A DNA stretch of 61,769 nucleotides, taken from IMG/VR virus record IMGVR_UViG_3300045999_008136, positions 1 to 61,769 of that record. The stretch is one strand, 5' to 3'. A model generated the notes under the pieces. It was not told where the DNA came from. It worked only from the letters and a program-made list of their open reading frames with translations, and ran no database searches. Source of the stretch: a virus. Taxonomy: Duplodnaviria; Caudoviricetes. Of the stretch, positions 9,504 to 18,763 are shown in pieces. The stretch's first letter is position 1, and the number at the start of each line of letters is the position of its first letter. Made by a program: the position numbers and the translations under genes.

Positions 9504-11917
9504 GGTTGGGTTCCTTCAAGTTGGGCGACCTTCGCCTCTAGAGTTTCAATACGGGCCATTGCTTCTTGCAGGGCTTTGGCTGCTTTCATCAGCAGGATGG
9601 ACGATTTGACCGTCATCGTCGTGGTTCCGTCAGGCGCTTGCGTCTGCGTGACGTTGCCTTCCTCGTCTGTGACTTCCACCATCTTCATGTTCGGGTGTTC
9701 GTCAACCAAGCCGGGGCAAACTTCCGCGAGTTCCTGAGCCACCACACCAAACATTGCTGATGCGTTTGGATTGGCCTCAACGTCTGTCTTCATCCGGTAC
9801 TTGCGGAACCGAATGGCTTTGAGGTCATCCCACTGACTGCCAGCGTCTACGATGTCCTGCTTTAGTCGTGCATCAGAGATGGTGCCGTATACACCATCAT
9901 GGTTTGCAAGATCGCCATCAGACCAGATGTAACATCTTGTCGTTGTACTATCTAAGCAACGTAAAAAATAGTTGGTGTTATTGTCTGGAGATGCAGAAGG
10001 AAAATCTAAATAGATGCCGTATGGACTAGCCGCTGTGTTTGCAAAATTGGCAATAAATCCGTCAGTTGCGCTTGACCTTAACTCGTGATACGAACCTGTG
10101 TCGTTTCCATACGTCCCCGCATTACTCGCCTTAAAGTAACCCCCGCTGGTGATACGGGCGCGTTCGGTGTTGCCGCCTGTTGAGAATTTGATGACCCCAC
10201 TGGCGTTGTCCGACATGATGGACAAACTGTTGTCTGCATATAAAAAAGCATCCCCGGCAGTGGTCGCCCCATAGGTGGTTGCGCCTTGTTTGCCGATGGC
10301 GGTAACAGACGCATTTTGCACATTCCCGATGCGAATCGTTGCGTCAGTTGACGCAGACTCATACACGTCTATGTTTGCTCCAGTTCCAGTTGTTCGGCCA
10401 ACCAACAGATTCCCACTCGCATCCAGCGTCATTGCTTGGGTGAAGGAGATGGCGTTGCCTGCTGTGCCGGAGGGGGCGATGCGCCAAGCGTAGCCACCGT
10501 TAAATTGATATTGGTTTGTAGCAAAGCCGTTGCCAATATACCTCCAGTTACTGCCATCAAAATATGCGTTGTGGCTGAGATCAACTTCACTTGAATTGGC
10601 CGCAAGACTTCCGCGAGATACTTGGAACGTGGAAAACGTACTCCAAGCACTCGGCGTCACCCCCAAGCCGAGGTTGCCGGAGGAGTCGAGCAACATCGTT
10701 GTGGCAGGCGATGCTCCAGTCTTAAAAGCCATCGACAAGGCAAGCAAGTTCATGGCGGTATACGCGCCACCAGACCTGTTGTAAGTCTGCATGAGACTGT
10801 TTGTGGGGTCAAATTCAAACCCGTTTGCGCCCGCATTTGACACAACCAACTTATTTGCAGGCGAACTCGTCCCAATACCCAGACCTGTGGAGGTCAGGCG
10901 CATTTGTTCGGCGCTGCCAATTTGCCAAACTTGAGCATTTGTTGATCCGCTGCTATAAGTTTGGTTGTACGTTGCAATTCCCGCCGCTTGTGAGATTACC
11001 AATCGGTTATTGTTGCCGCTTGCGGTTTCAAAAATAGTGACTGTTGGGGCGCTGGTCACAACGCCAAACCCCGTCCCATCAAACGTCAGCGCACTCCCCG
11101 TGGTCAGGACTTTGCTGGCGTTGAGGTAGGCTACGCCGTTGGCTGTGCCGCCGTTGATCGTGACGGTGCTTGTCGTGGTCAGAGCATTGGCTGTGAGGGT
11201 GGTGCCATCAAACGTCAGGTTCGCGCTGTCAACCAACGCCCCGCCCGTGCTGGCGTACACCACGCGGCCAGAAGTCAGGCCGGAGTCAGCAAGGTCAGCC
11301 ACCGTCAGGCGAGTGCCGTTGAAGGTCATGTTGGCCGAATCAACCAACAGGCCACCAGTGCTGGCGTAGGGCACGCGGGTCGCGGTCAGGCCGGAGTTGG
11401 TGACCGACGTCGCGCTCAGGGACGTAAACGCGCCGGTGGACGCGGACGACGCGCCGATGGGCGTGCCGTCAATCGCGCCACCGTTGATGTCCACAAAGTC
11501 GAACATCTGGATGACGTCGGTGCCGTTGACGTACAAGTGCGCCTTGCGCCCGTTGGGCACAGTGATGCCCGTGCCGGCAGAGGTCTTGACGACAATGCTC
11601 TGGCCGCCCGCGGTGTTGTTCTGGACGATGTACTGCTTCTGGCTGGTGGGCACCACCAGGTTGCGCGTCTGCGTGAGCGAGCCGAACACGGAGGTCACAT
11701 TGAGGACCAGGGCCCGCGCTGCTTGGGACGAGTTGCTGTTGGTGATGCTGATGGTCAGGTTCGCATCAGCAACGAAGTCTGGATTGCCATACCCGACAAT
11801 CGCCTGCTCCAAGGCGGTCCCCAAGTTGGTGTTTGTGATGTCGCCCCAGGTGCCGGAATTCTCACCGGTCGCCATCAGCTCAATCTTGAGGTTTGTGGAG
11901 TAGGTACTTCCTGGCAT
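9500..11917 (-). CDS. Tail fibre with C-terminal intramolecular chaperone (peptidase S74)
   Basis: N-terminal anchor (ATGENSGTWG), GNLGIG-type beta repeats, ISDARLKQDI cleavage motif, GVVAQEL and terminal coiled coil. Confidence 0.9.
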   Translation of the reverse strand: MPGSTYSTNLKIELMATGENSGTWGDITNTNLGTALEQAIVGYGNPDFVADANLTISITNSNSSQAARALVLNVTSVFGSLTQTRNLVVPTSQKQYIVQNNTAGGQSIVVKTSAGTGITVPNGRKAHLYVNGTDVIQMFDFVDINGGAIDGTPIGASSASTGAFTSLSATSVTNSGLTATRVPYASTGGLLVDSANMTFNGTRLTVADLADSGLTSGRVVYASTGGALVDSANLTFDGTTLTANALTTTSTVTINGGTANGVAYLNASKVLTTGSALTFDGTGFGVVTSAPTVTIFETASGNNNRLVISQAAGIATYNQTYSSGSTNAQVWQIGSAEQMRLTSTGLGIGTSSPANKLVVSNAGANGFEFDPTNSLMQTYNRSGGAYTAMNLLALSMAFKTGASPATTMLLDSSGNLGLGVTPSAWSTFSTFQVSRGSLAANSSEVDLSHNAYFDGSNWRYIGNGFATNQYQFNGGYAWRIAPSGTAGNAISFTQAMTLDASGNLLVGRTTGTGANIDVYESASTDATIRIGNVQNASVTAIGKQGATTYGATTAGDAFLYADNSLSIMSDNASGVIKFSTGGNTERARITSGGYFKASNAGTYGNDTGSYHELRSSATDGFIANFANTAASPYGIYLDFPSASPDNNTNYFLRCLDSTTTRCYIWSDGDLANHDGVYGTISDARLKQDIVDAGSQWDDLKAIRFRKYRMKTDVEANPNASAMFGVVAQELAEVCPGLVDEHPNMKMVEVTDEEGNVTQTQAPDGTTTMTVKSSILLMKAAKALQEAMARIETLEAKVAQLEGTQP

Positions 11918-11927
11918 GTTCTTTCCT

Positions 11928-12896
11928 TTACGTTAGGACTTGGGTCCAAATCACTGTGTTGCCATCATTGACGACTACCCAGCCTCCGGACTGTGCATCA
12001 TCAACGGCTGTCCAACTGCCGGACTGTGCATCATTTACAACCACCCAATTCCCAGACTGCGCATCATCCACATTGTGCCAGTTGGGAGTCTGGTTGTCAT
12101 CAACTACACCCCAGACAAGGACGTTTGCGATCTGACCAACCGCCTGGACACCGGTGAGCAAAACCGTGGCACTGCCAACGATCGCCACGCTGCCCACACT
12201 GCCCGTGGCCTGAATGCCTGTGACCGGTACGTTGGTGACCGTCTCGACCTGGACACTGCCCATGACGCCCGTGGCGGCCACGCCCGTGACCAAGACATCG
12301 ACGTCGGCCCGGTGGTCGACACTTCCGACCTCGCCCACCGCTTGGACCCCGCTGACAAACACGTCGGCGTTGGCGGCTACCGTGACGTTGCCCAAGGCCA
12401 TCGTGCCTTGGACCCCGGTGAGCTGGACGTTGGCATCCCCGGTCATAGTGACCTGGCCAACAAACCCGATTGCTTGGACCCCAGTGACGTTGACGTCAGC
12501 GTTGGCGGTCACCACCACGTTCCCCAGGAACATGGTTGCGCTGACCCCAGTCAGGGTGACGTTGGCATCCGCAGATACGGTGGCCTGGCCGATGAATCCG
12601 GTGGCCGAGACGCCTGTTGGGAAGACGTTGGCGGTGCCGGTGACCGTAACAGAGCCTACGGCGCCCGTAGCGGCCACGCCCGTGACGCTGACGTCAGCGT
12701 TGGCCTGAACAGTGGCCTGGCCAACGAACCCCGTGGCCGACACCCCGGTAAGGGTGACGTTTGCATTGGCAGTGACAGTGACGGAGCCGACCGCGCCTGT
12801 CCCCAAAGGAAGCGCAGGCTGCGCATTCCCCCAAGTCGACTGGCCCCAGCCTACAGAGGCGTTCCAGCCAGTAAAGGCAACGGTCGCATCTGCCAC
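11928..12896 (-). CDS. Repeat-rich virion protein (about 22-aa Val/Thr/Gly/Ala repeats)
   Basis: Tandem V.V.A.ANV.LTGV.ATG.VG units plus C-terminal W..V.DAQSG repeats. Confidence 0.75.
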   Translation of the reverse strand: MADATVAFTGWNASVGWGQSTWGNAQPALPLGTGAVGSVTVTANANVTLTGVSATGFVGQATVQANADVSVTGVAATGAVGSVTVTGTANVFPTGVSATGFIGQATVSADANVTLTGVSATMFLGNVVVTANADVNVTGVQAIGFVGQVTMTGDANVQLTGVQGTMALGNVTVAANADVFVSGVQAVGEVGSVDHRADVDVLVTGVAATGVMGSVQVETVTNVPVTGIQATGSVGSVAIVGSATVLLTGVQAVGQIANVLVWGVVDDNQTPNWHNVDDAQSGNWVVVNDAQSGSWTAVDDAQSGGWVVVNDGNTVIWTQVLT

Positions 12897-12907
12897 TTGC
12901 CCGCCTT

Positions 12908-13345
12908 TTAGGCGATGCGGATGATCGCGCTCGTGGCGTCAGCAGTCGGGAAGATGATGGTGAAAGTGCCGCTGGTGGACGTCTTTGCACCGCCAAAGTC
13001 CAAGATGCAGACCGACGGGTCGCCGGCAGCCGAGTCGTTGTAGATCATCGCGCCAAAGGCAGTGATGGTCGCACTGGTGAACGACAGGTCGGCAAAATCC
13101 GTGAACGCAGTCGTGCCGGTGGACGTTGGCGTGACGTTGGTCAGCGTACCTCCCCCAGCCGTGTACGTGCCCGAGTTGGCCACCTCGTTGGTGGCCGTGT
13201 ACGCGGTCGTGGCCGCCGTGAAAGAGGCGCTGTTGTCGTACAGCGCCAGCTTGAACGTGTTGCCCGTGCCGGTCGTGAAGTTGTGCACAGCACGCATCAG
13301 CTCCACTTTGAAGCTGGTGCACATGTAGTTTCCAGAAAAACTCAT
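12908..13345 (-). CDS. Virion structural protein (145 aa)
   Basis: MCTSFKVEL...FKLALY...LDFGG pattern; structural module. Confidence 0.7.
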   Translation of the reverse strand: MSFSGNYMCTSFKVELMRAVHNFTTGTGNTFKLALYDNSASFTAATTAYTATNEVANSGTYTAGGGTLTNVTPTSTGTTAFTDFADLSFTSATITAFGAMIYNDSAAGDPSVCILDFGGAKTSTSGTFTIIFPTADATSAIIRIA

Positions 13346-13347
13346 AA

Positions 13348-13635
13348 TTACTCTCCTAACAGGTGGACCAGGTCCGGGTACCCCGCCTCACGAAGGCGAT
13401 TCGCAATCGTCAAACGATCCTGCTGCACGGCCTCCTGCAGATAGAACGCGACCACGGCCTTGACGCCTTCTTTGAAGGCTCGGGCCTGCTCGCGCACGGC
13501 AGGGTGAGACTGATCGCCAACGAAGATGATCTTGTCGGCGGCCCGCTGTGCGAGCTCCTCCGTTGACCAGCCGCGATGGCTCGTTGTTTCGACTTGAACG
13601 CCGCCGACGAGGACGGGGGATTGAACAGAAATCAT
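13348..13635 (-). CDS. Hypothetical protein
   Basis: 95-aa ORF coupled to neighbours. Confidence 0.65.
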   Translation of the reverse strand: MISVQSPVLVGGVQVETTSHRGWSTEELAQRAADKIIFVGDQSHPAVREQARAFKEGVKAVVAFYLQEAVQQDRLTIANRLREAGYPDLVHLLGE

Positions 13636-14291
13636 GGGCCAGGTGAATCAGATTTGATGGGGATGCGAAGCATGCCGTCACGGTACTCGTCACGGCGGCG
13701 GCGACCTTGCTGCTCAGTGCCCAGGCCTTGGATGGCTTCCTTGTACGCGCCTCGGAAGTACTGCATCATCTCGGCCGGGCCCTTGGTGTAGCTGTACGCC
13801 TGGATCAAGCAGGCGTACAAGAGAGCCTCAGGCGCGTTGTTGCTGACCCAGGTCGTCGTGTTGGTCGACGAGAGCTGCGCAGGACGGTAGATGTACCCCA
13901 GCTCGACGCTGTAGTTCTGGTTCGGCGTCGGGGCAATGTAGAAGGTGTTCTGGTCCCACACCGAATAGTACTTGGGCGTGCCCTGCGTGGCGCCGTTGGG
14001 CCAGTACTCCTTCATGAACGAGGTGTCCCTGAAGTCCAAAAACAACTGCTCCCCGCTGACGGGCGTCAGAATCATGTAGCGGTGCGTCAAGAGATCAGAC
14101 GGCGCCGTCAGGAACTTGTTGCCCTGGGTCATGCTGCCCGTGACTTCGAGCTTAAACACGTCCAAGTCAATGTCGCGAAGAATCTGGTTCTCCGCCATGG
14201 TGATGAACGTGTTGATCACCGCTGGGGTGAACACGTTGCTGTTCACCTCGGTGTAGTTTCGAATGTTGGTGACAAGTTCGTCGTAGGTCAT
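13632..14291 (-). CDS. Head-tail adaptor / tail tubular protein
   Basis: MTYDELVTNI...GTPKYY...IAPTPNQNY..ELGY, ALLYACL; typical adaptor pattern. Confidence 0.75.
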   Translation of the reverse strand: MTYDELVTNIRNYTEVNSNVFTPAVINTFITMAENQILRDIDLDVFKLEVTGSMTQGNKFLTAPSDLLTHRYMILTPVSGEQLFLDFRDTSFMKEYWPNGATQGTPKYYSVWDQNTFYIAPTPNQNYSVELGYIYRPAQLSSTNTTTWVSNNAPEALLYACLIQAYSYTKGPAEMMQYFRGAYKEAIQGLGTEQQGRRRRDEYRDGMLRIPIKSDSPGP

Positions 14292-14638
14292 GATGTACTC
14301 ACAGTCACTGATCCAACAACGCCTTGCGCAATGAGCGCCTGATCCTGCACGTACGGCTGCATGTTGGTGCCGCCTTGGACACTGCCGTAGCTTTGGAAGG
14401 CCGTAAAGCCCGGTGCGCCGACGAAGACTGATACAGGCTCGATGCGATCGGGGCGCGGATCACGCAGCGCGATGGCATCGCCGCGGTAGCGCAGGGGCTC
14501 AAGCTGGGGCTCCTTGGGCTCGTAGTCGTCAGGGCACACCATGAACCCCCGCCAGTTCTTGCGCAGGGTGTTGTACTGATACCGCTGGCCGCAGTAGTCG
14601 CACAAACCATACGAGAACTTGCCGGAAGCAAAGGCCAT
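14288..14638 (-). CDS. Hypothetical Zn-finger-like protein
   Basis: CDYCG...VCPDDYEPKEPQL; DPRPD motif. Confidence 0.7.
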   Translation of the reverse strand: MAFASGKFSYGLCDYCGQRYQYNTLRKNWRGFMVCPDDYEPKEPQLEPLRYRGDAIALRDPRPDRIEPVSVFVGAPGFTAFQSYGSVQGGTNMQPYVQDQALIAQGVVGSVTVSTS

Positions 14639-14639
14639 G

Positions 14640-15305
14640 TCATACCCCTAAGTCCGGAACGAACTGCACACTGGCCGTGTCGCGATCCTCCAAGGCAGCG
14701 CGCTGGAAGTCCTCGTCATAGATCGCCTTGAGCGCAGAAGCGCGGTCCGCGGCAAACTTGAGCGACAGGTAATAGGCCAGCCCCGATGCCAGGCACGGCA
14801 GGAAGCGGAAATTGACGTCAGCAGTGTTGGTGTAGTCGCCAGCATCCTGGATGCGGCGGATGCGGTAGTACACGAAGGTGTAGTTGCGGTCCGCTGCAGG
14901 GTAGAAGAACACCTTGGGGATGTTGGTGCGCTGCACGTAGAACTGCGCAGGGCGCGCCTGCGTGGTCTTGTCGGGCACATTGAGCCAGTCCTCGCGGCTG
15001 ATGCGCTCAATGTAGATGTCCGTCGATGGACTGGTGCTCGGATCACGGATCACGGCCTCCAAGACGTTGACCACAGAGGCGTCCAACGCGATCTCGTTGG
15101 TGCCCTGTGTCAGCGAATAGGTGGCCTGCTCGATCGTCCACAGGTTGAGCCCTCGATTGGCCCAGTCAAGGAAGAGCAGATTGAGCGAGCGGCGCGCGGA
15201 CGAGAGCTGATAGCCGCTCGTCGCACGCATCCCGCAGCGCTCAAACGCTTCCTCGACCAGGTCGTCAATCGACAGGTCAAATGTGGTTGTGCCCGAAGTG
15301 GCCAT
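14640..15305 (-). CDS. Head-tail connector protein
   Basis: VEEAFERCG, ARRSLNLLFLDWANRGLNLWT, RFLPCLASGLAYYLS. Confidence 0.75.
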   Translation of the reverse strand: MATSGTTTFDLSIDDLVEEAFERCGMRATSGYQLSSARRSLNLLFLDWANRGLNLWTIEQATYSLTQGTNEIALDASVVNVLEAVIRDPSTSPSTDIYIERISREDWLNVPDKTTQARPAQFYVQRTNIPKVFFYPAADRNYTFVYYRIRRIQDAGDYTNTADVNFRFLPCLASGLAYYLSLKFAADRASALKAIYDEDFQRAALEDRDTASVQFVPDLGV

Positions 15306-15545
15306 TTAGCAGGCTGCTCCGCCTTTTTTGTAGCCCTTGGCCATCATGCCGCCGCCCATCTTGCCAATGGGCTTGCCCATGGCCATGCGCTTGTGCTGAT
15401 TCATGCCGCCTTTGTTGGCCGCACCGCCCTTTTTCATCATGATAGGACCAGTAGTTTTGCTGGTCTCCGAGATCATGCGGTTTTTCCCGCCGCTCTCGAC
15501 TGCTCCGCCGCCACGTGTGGCGCAACCCATACCTCTTCCAGCCAT
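15306..15545 (-). CDS. Small basic Met/Lys/Gly-rich protein
   Basis: 79 aa, MKKGG/YKKGG motifs. Confidence 0.65.
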   Translation of the reverse strand: MAGRGMGCATRGGGAVESGGKNRMISETSKTTGPIMMKKGGAANKGGMNQHKRMAMGKPIGKMGGGMMAKGYKKGGAAC

Positions 15546-15547
15546 GA

Positions 15548-15766
15548 TCAGGCTCCTTTCTTCATTGCACGGCCCTTGACGTCGGCCGTTTTACGTTTGA
15601 CAGCACGGCCCATCTGGTCGGCCATGTCGGAATCTTTCATCATCTTGCCGTCGGGCATCTTGTGCATGCCAACGGCACCGCCTTTTTTCATTTTGCCCAC
15701 GCCATCGGCCGCAAAAGCGGGCACTTTTTTGCCCGCTTTCTTGACCATCGCCATCTTTGCTTTCAT
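15548..15766 (-). CDS. Small basic Met/Lys-rich protein
   Basis: 72 aa, KVPAFAADGVGKMKKGG, HKMPDGKMM. Confidence 0.65.
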   Translation of the reverse strand: MKAKMAMVKKAGKKVPAFAADGVGKMKKGGAVGMHKMPDGKMMKDSDMADQMGRAVKRKTADVKGRAMKKGA

Positions 15767-15770
15767 CGGG

Positions 15771-16016
15771 TTACCCTGCCTTCCGGAGTTCGTCCAGTTT
15801 CACTTCAAGCCGGTTGAACCTTTGGTCCACATGGCTCACAAACTTGTCAAATCGGTCGTCGACTTCCTTGCGCGTGACATGGTCCCTTGCAACCTCTTCG
15901 CGAGTCTTGTTCAACAAGATGCCCAAGCGGCCTACCTCGTCAAATTTGCTCTTGAGCAAGAACCCCATGACCGCCACCAGCGCAGTCAAGACCACGTTCC
16001 ATATCATCATCTCCAC
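15771..16016 (-). CDS. Small membrane protein with coiled coil
   Basis: N-terminal TM followed by heptad-rich helix. Confidence 0.65.
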   Translation of the reverse strand: MEMMIWNVVLTALVAVMGFLLKSKFDEVGRLGILLNKTREEVARDHVTRKEVDDRFDKFVSHVDQRFNRLEVKLDELRKAG

Positions 16017-16019
16017 GGC

Positions 16020-16307
16020 CTAGCACCTCCAACGCTTTCGCGCCTGGCGCAGGCGGCTGTTCGGGTCCTTGGCGGCGTCTGGAAACTGCTTCATCTGGCC
16101 CTCAGAGCGCGCGCAGTACGATTCCCTGCGCTGCGCCCTCTTGCCAGATGGATTCTTCTCAGTCACAGCAGTTTGCAGCTTGCTGCCAGGGTTGGCGCGG
16201 CGAAATGCCTTGACCCCCTGCTCGGTCATGCCTGCACCCTTCTTGGTCGCCCGGAAATTTCCGGATTTGACCGAAGTCTTGATGCCCATGCCCTTCTTCG
16301 AAGCCAT
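16020..16307 (-). CDS. Basic hypothetical protein
   Basis: ANPGSKL...SYCARSEGQMK...DPNSRLRQARKRWRC. Confidence 0.7.
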   Translation of the reverse strand: MASKKGMGIKTSVKSGNFRATKKGAGMTEQGVKAFRRANPGSKLQTAVTEKNPSGKRAQRRESYCARSEGQMKQFPDAAKDPNSRLRQARKRWRC

Positions 16308-16609
16308 TACGCAGCCGCCCCACCGTAGAACAGCAGCGTGACACTGGTGACCTGCGCATCATTGACGTCAATGAACACCCCGTCTGGGAACAGGATGCCC
16401 ATGTCGGGCATGATGATGTCGTAGGCACCCGCCGATGCCGGGGTGGTAATCGTTATCAGCGCCGTGCCGCCAGCCGTTGATCCGTTCTTCAGGGCAAAGG
16501 AGGACGCCGTTGCAGAGCACGTGTAGTAGATGCCGGCAACGCGGGTTCTACCCGCGATCGCCTGGGCATCGGCGGTCTTGGTGACCGCCTGGATGTTGCT
16601 GGCGCTCAT
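16307..16609 (-). CDS. Small virion structural protein
   Basis: 100 aa beta-rich, GILFPDGVFI. Confidence 0.65.
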   Translation of the reverse strand: MSASNIQAVTKTADAQAIAGRTRVAGIYYTCSATASSFALKNGSTAGGTALITITTPASAGAYDIIMPDMGILFPDGVFIDVNDAQVTSVTLLFYGGAAA

Positions 16610-16618
16610 GTCGCCTCC

Positions 16619-17074
16619 TTACAGGTCGTTGCTCTGGATGTACAGGACCGTGACAGTTGCCGAACCCGCTGCACCGTTGCCGTTTTGGGCGGTGAAGTCA
16701 GCCAGGACCTGGATGTCAGAGGCGCCGACGTCGGTTGCGGCGCTGTTCGTCAGCGTGCCCCGAGTAGTGGCAGCCGACTTCACCGAGGTGGCTGGCAAGA
16801 AGGCAGTAGCGGCGCCTGAGGTGCCAACTGAAACGGTTGCAGTCCCGGTGTCGTCATTGGGGGTAATGACGTTCAGGATGACGTCAACAATCTGCGACCG
16901 TGCCGGAATGGTGGCGACAACCTGATCAAGGGCCGAGGCGCCGATGATGTCAATGACGATGGACTGTGCCATGAGCACAAAGCCGGTGTTTTTGACGTTG
17001 GTTCCGACGGTGGTGCCGGTGGTTTCTTTGATGGTGCCCGCTTTGACCGGGCCGGAGAAGGTGGTGGTAGCCAT
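16619..17074 (-). CDS. Putative capsid-associated/decoration protein
   Basis: Start MATTTFSGPVKAG after GAGG RBS; directly downstream of the major capsid gene. Confidence 0.65.
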   Translation of the reverse strand: MATTTFSGPVKAGTIKETTGTTVGTNVKNTGFVLMAQSIVIDIIGASALDQVVATIPARSQIVDVILNVITPNDDTGTATVSVGTSGAATAFLPATSVKSAATTRGTLTNSAATDVGASDIQVLADFTAQNGNGAAGSATVTVLYIQSNDL

Positions 17075-17160
17075 TTGATCCTCACATGCGAGTTGAGGTG
17101 CTTCCATCTGCATGTCGTCGGCCGGGACCGTCAGAAGCACCGGAAATTCCCGGTATGGAC
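17075..17160 (-). ncRNA. Candidate structured leader RNA (pseudoknotted)
   Basis: GGUGCUUCU/GGAAGCACC stem, CCGGGA/UCCCGG and ACAUGC/GCAUGU pairings, CCUCA/UGAGG covering the RBS. Confidence 0.45.
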
Positions 17161-17182
17161 CTCAATATAACCTATTTACAGG

Positions 17183-17214
17183 AAAAGAAAAAGGGGCCCG
17201 AAGGCCCCTTTTTC
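17183..17214 (-). terminator. Intrinsic terminator after major capsid gene
   Basis: GGGGCC-UUCG-GGCCCC hairpin followed by U-tract; also U-tract on the other strand. Confidence 0.85.
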
Positions 17215-17232
17215 ATCGCTGTTGGACAGCTA

Positions 17233-18141
17233 TCAAGCCGCACCGGGCGAGCCAAAGATGCCGCGCGGATCGCTGAAGCCGAAGCTGTAGCGCTCGCGAG
17301 CCTTGTAGCGCACGTTGCCGGTGTCGAAGTCGCCTTCGAAGCCAGTCTTCATGGACACGCGCTCAAACATCTTCATGCCGTTGGGGGCGTCGGTCTTAAC
17401 GAACCAAGCGTCCGGATCGGTCAGGAAGTGGTTGACCACGTAGCCTTGCGGCACCATGCCCATGTTGCGGACAGCGTTGATGTCGTTGTCAGCAGTGCCA
17501 ACCCGCAGAGTGGACTTCAGAATACGGTCGCCCGTGAACTGCAGTTCCTTCGGCAGGATCAGCTTCAGGCCCTGAACGGCGATCTTCAGGCCGCGCTCAT
17601 CGGTGAACGCGGCGATGTCGATCAGCGCCTGCTCCAGAGAGGTCTCGGACAGGTCGGCGGCCGTGGCCAGGGTGTTGGACAGGTTGGGACCAGTCAGGGT
17701 GGGGTGGTTGGTTGCGCACAAAGCAACGCCGTCGCCACCGATGGAGGTGGTGAAAGCGCCGTTCAGCACGGACGCAGCCTTGATCTGCTTGGTCTGGGCC
17801 ATCGAGCGGGCCAGGGCCTTGGTGTAGCGGGCCGACAGACGGTCGTAGAGGTTGTCCTCCACGGCTTCTTCGGTCAGCGAGAACGCCAGGGCGATGGTCT
17901 CGTGGGTGTAGCGAGCGGTGTACACCTCTTGCGCCTGGTCGTAAGCGACGCCAGCGCCCTCAGTTTTCACCGGAGCTTCCGCAAAGCCCGACTCCATCAC
18001 CTCTTCTTCGAATGCACGATCAGAAGATTCGACGGAATAGATTTGCGTGTGCTCGTTCTCGTAGTTTTTGTACTCAAGACCGAACAGAGCATTGAGACCA
18101 GGCTCAAGCTCTTTCACCAGTTGTGCACGTGAAATTGCCAT
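17233..18141 (-). CDS. Major capsid protein
   Basis: 302 aa, MAISRAQLVKELEPGLNALFG...YKARERYSFGFSDPRGIFGSPGA; follows scaffold and precedes a terminator. Confidence 0.92.
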   Translation of the reverse strand: MAISRAQLVKELEPGLNALFGLEYKNYENEHTQIYSVESSDRAFEEEVMESGFAEAPVKTEGAGVAYDQAQEVYTARYTHETIALAFSLTEEAVEDNLYDRLSARYTKALARSMAQTKQIKAASVLNGAFTTSIGGDGVALCATNHPTLTGPNLSNTLATAADLSETSLEQALIDIAAFTDERGLKIAVQGLKLILPKELQFTGDRILKSTLRVGTADNDINAVRNMGMVPQGYVVNHFLTDPDAWFVKTDAPNGMKMFERVSMKTGFEGDFDTGNVRYKARERYSFGFSDPRGIFGSPGAA

Positions 18142-18152
18142 GATTGATCTCC

Positions 18153-18737
18153 TTAGGTGCTAAAGCCCGGCGTGCCAGTGCTGCCGTAGATGTGCTCATT
18201 GATCTTCACAACGAGAACGGCGTATTGGCCCATCTCATTGCCCGGAACATTCCACAGGCCGACTGCCTTAAGGTTACCCGCAGAAGCGGTGTCACCAAAA
18301 GTGCCACTCATGGTCATGTTGGACAGACCCGTAGTGTTGCTACCGGTGGTGCTGGCAGTGATGTCAGCGTTGGTGCCGATATTGGCCTGGGTGGGAGTGC
18401 CCGCGTTCTGGATGATGAACAACTGGTTCGGATCGTCGATCACGTCAGCCACGATCTGGCCGGCGGTGATGTTGACGGAACCCGGGTAGTAGTTCTTCCA
18501 GGTGGGCTTGCCGGTGGTGGGGTCAATGTAATTGCATCCATTGAACACGCCAACCGCACAAGTGTGGTCCGTGTTGTTGAACTTGACCAAGTAACCATTG
18601 TCAATGGTCACCAGGTCGCCCTGAAAAATCGCCCCGGACTGGTTATCAGCAATCAGGTAGCCGTACTGCTTTTGAGCGCCGGTAGCTGAAAGATTGCCGA
18701 GAGGACGCAGACCAAAAGGCTTATTCACGTTTGCCAT
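18153..18737 (-). CDS. Putative minor capsid / cement protein
   Basis: MANVNKPFGLRP...IFQGDLV; immediately upstream of major capsid gene. Confidence 0.7.
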   Translation of the reverse strand: MANVNKPFGLRPLGNLSATGAQKQYGYLIADNQSGAIFQGDLVTIDNGYLVKFNNTDHTCAVGVFNGCNYIDPTTGKPTWKNYYPGSVNITAGQIVADVIDDPNQLFIIQNAGTPTQANIGTNADITASTTGSNTTGLSNMTMSGTFGDTASAGNLKAVGLWNVPGNEMGQYAVLVVKINEHIYGSTGTPGFST

Positions 18738-18763
18738 TTGATGTTTCCTTCAAAAAGTTGATT

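Noticed and set aside
9500-11917. Diversity-generating retroelement targeting the tail fibre
   Set aside because: No reverse transcriptase gene and no TR/VR pair differing at adenines were found
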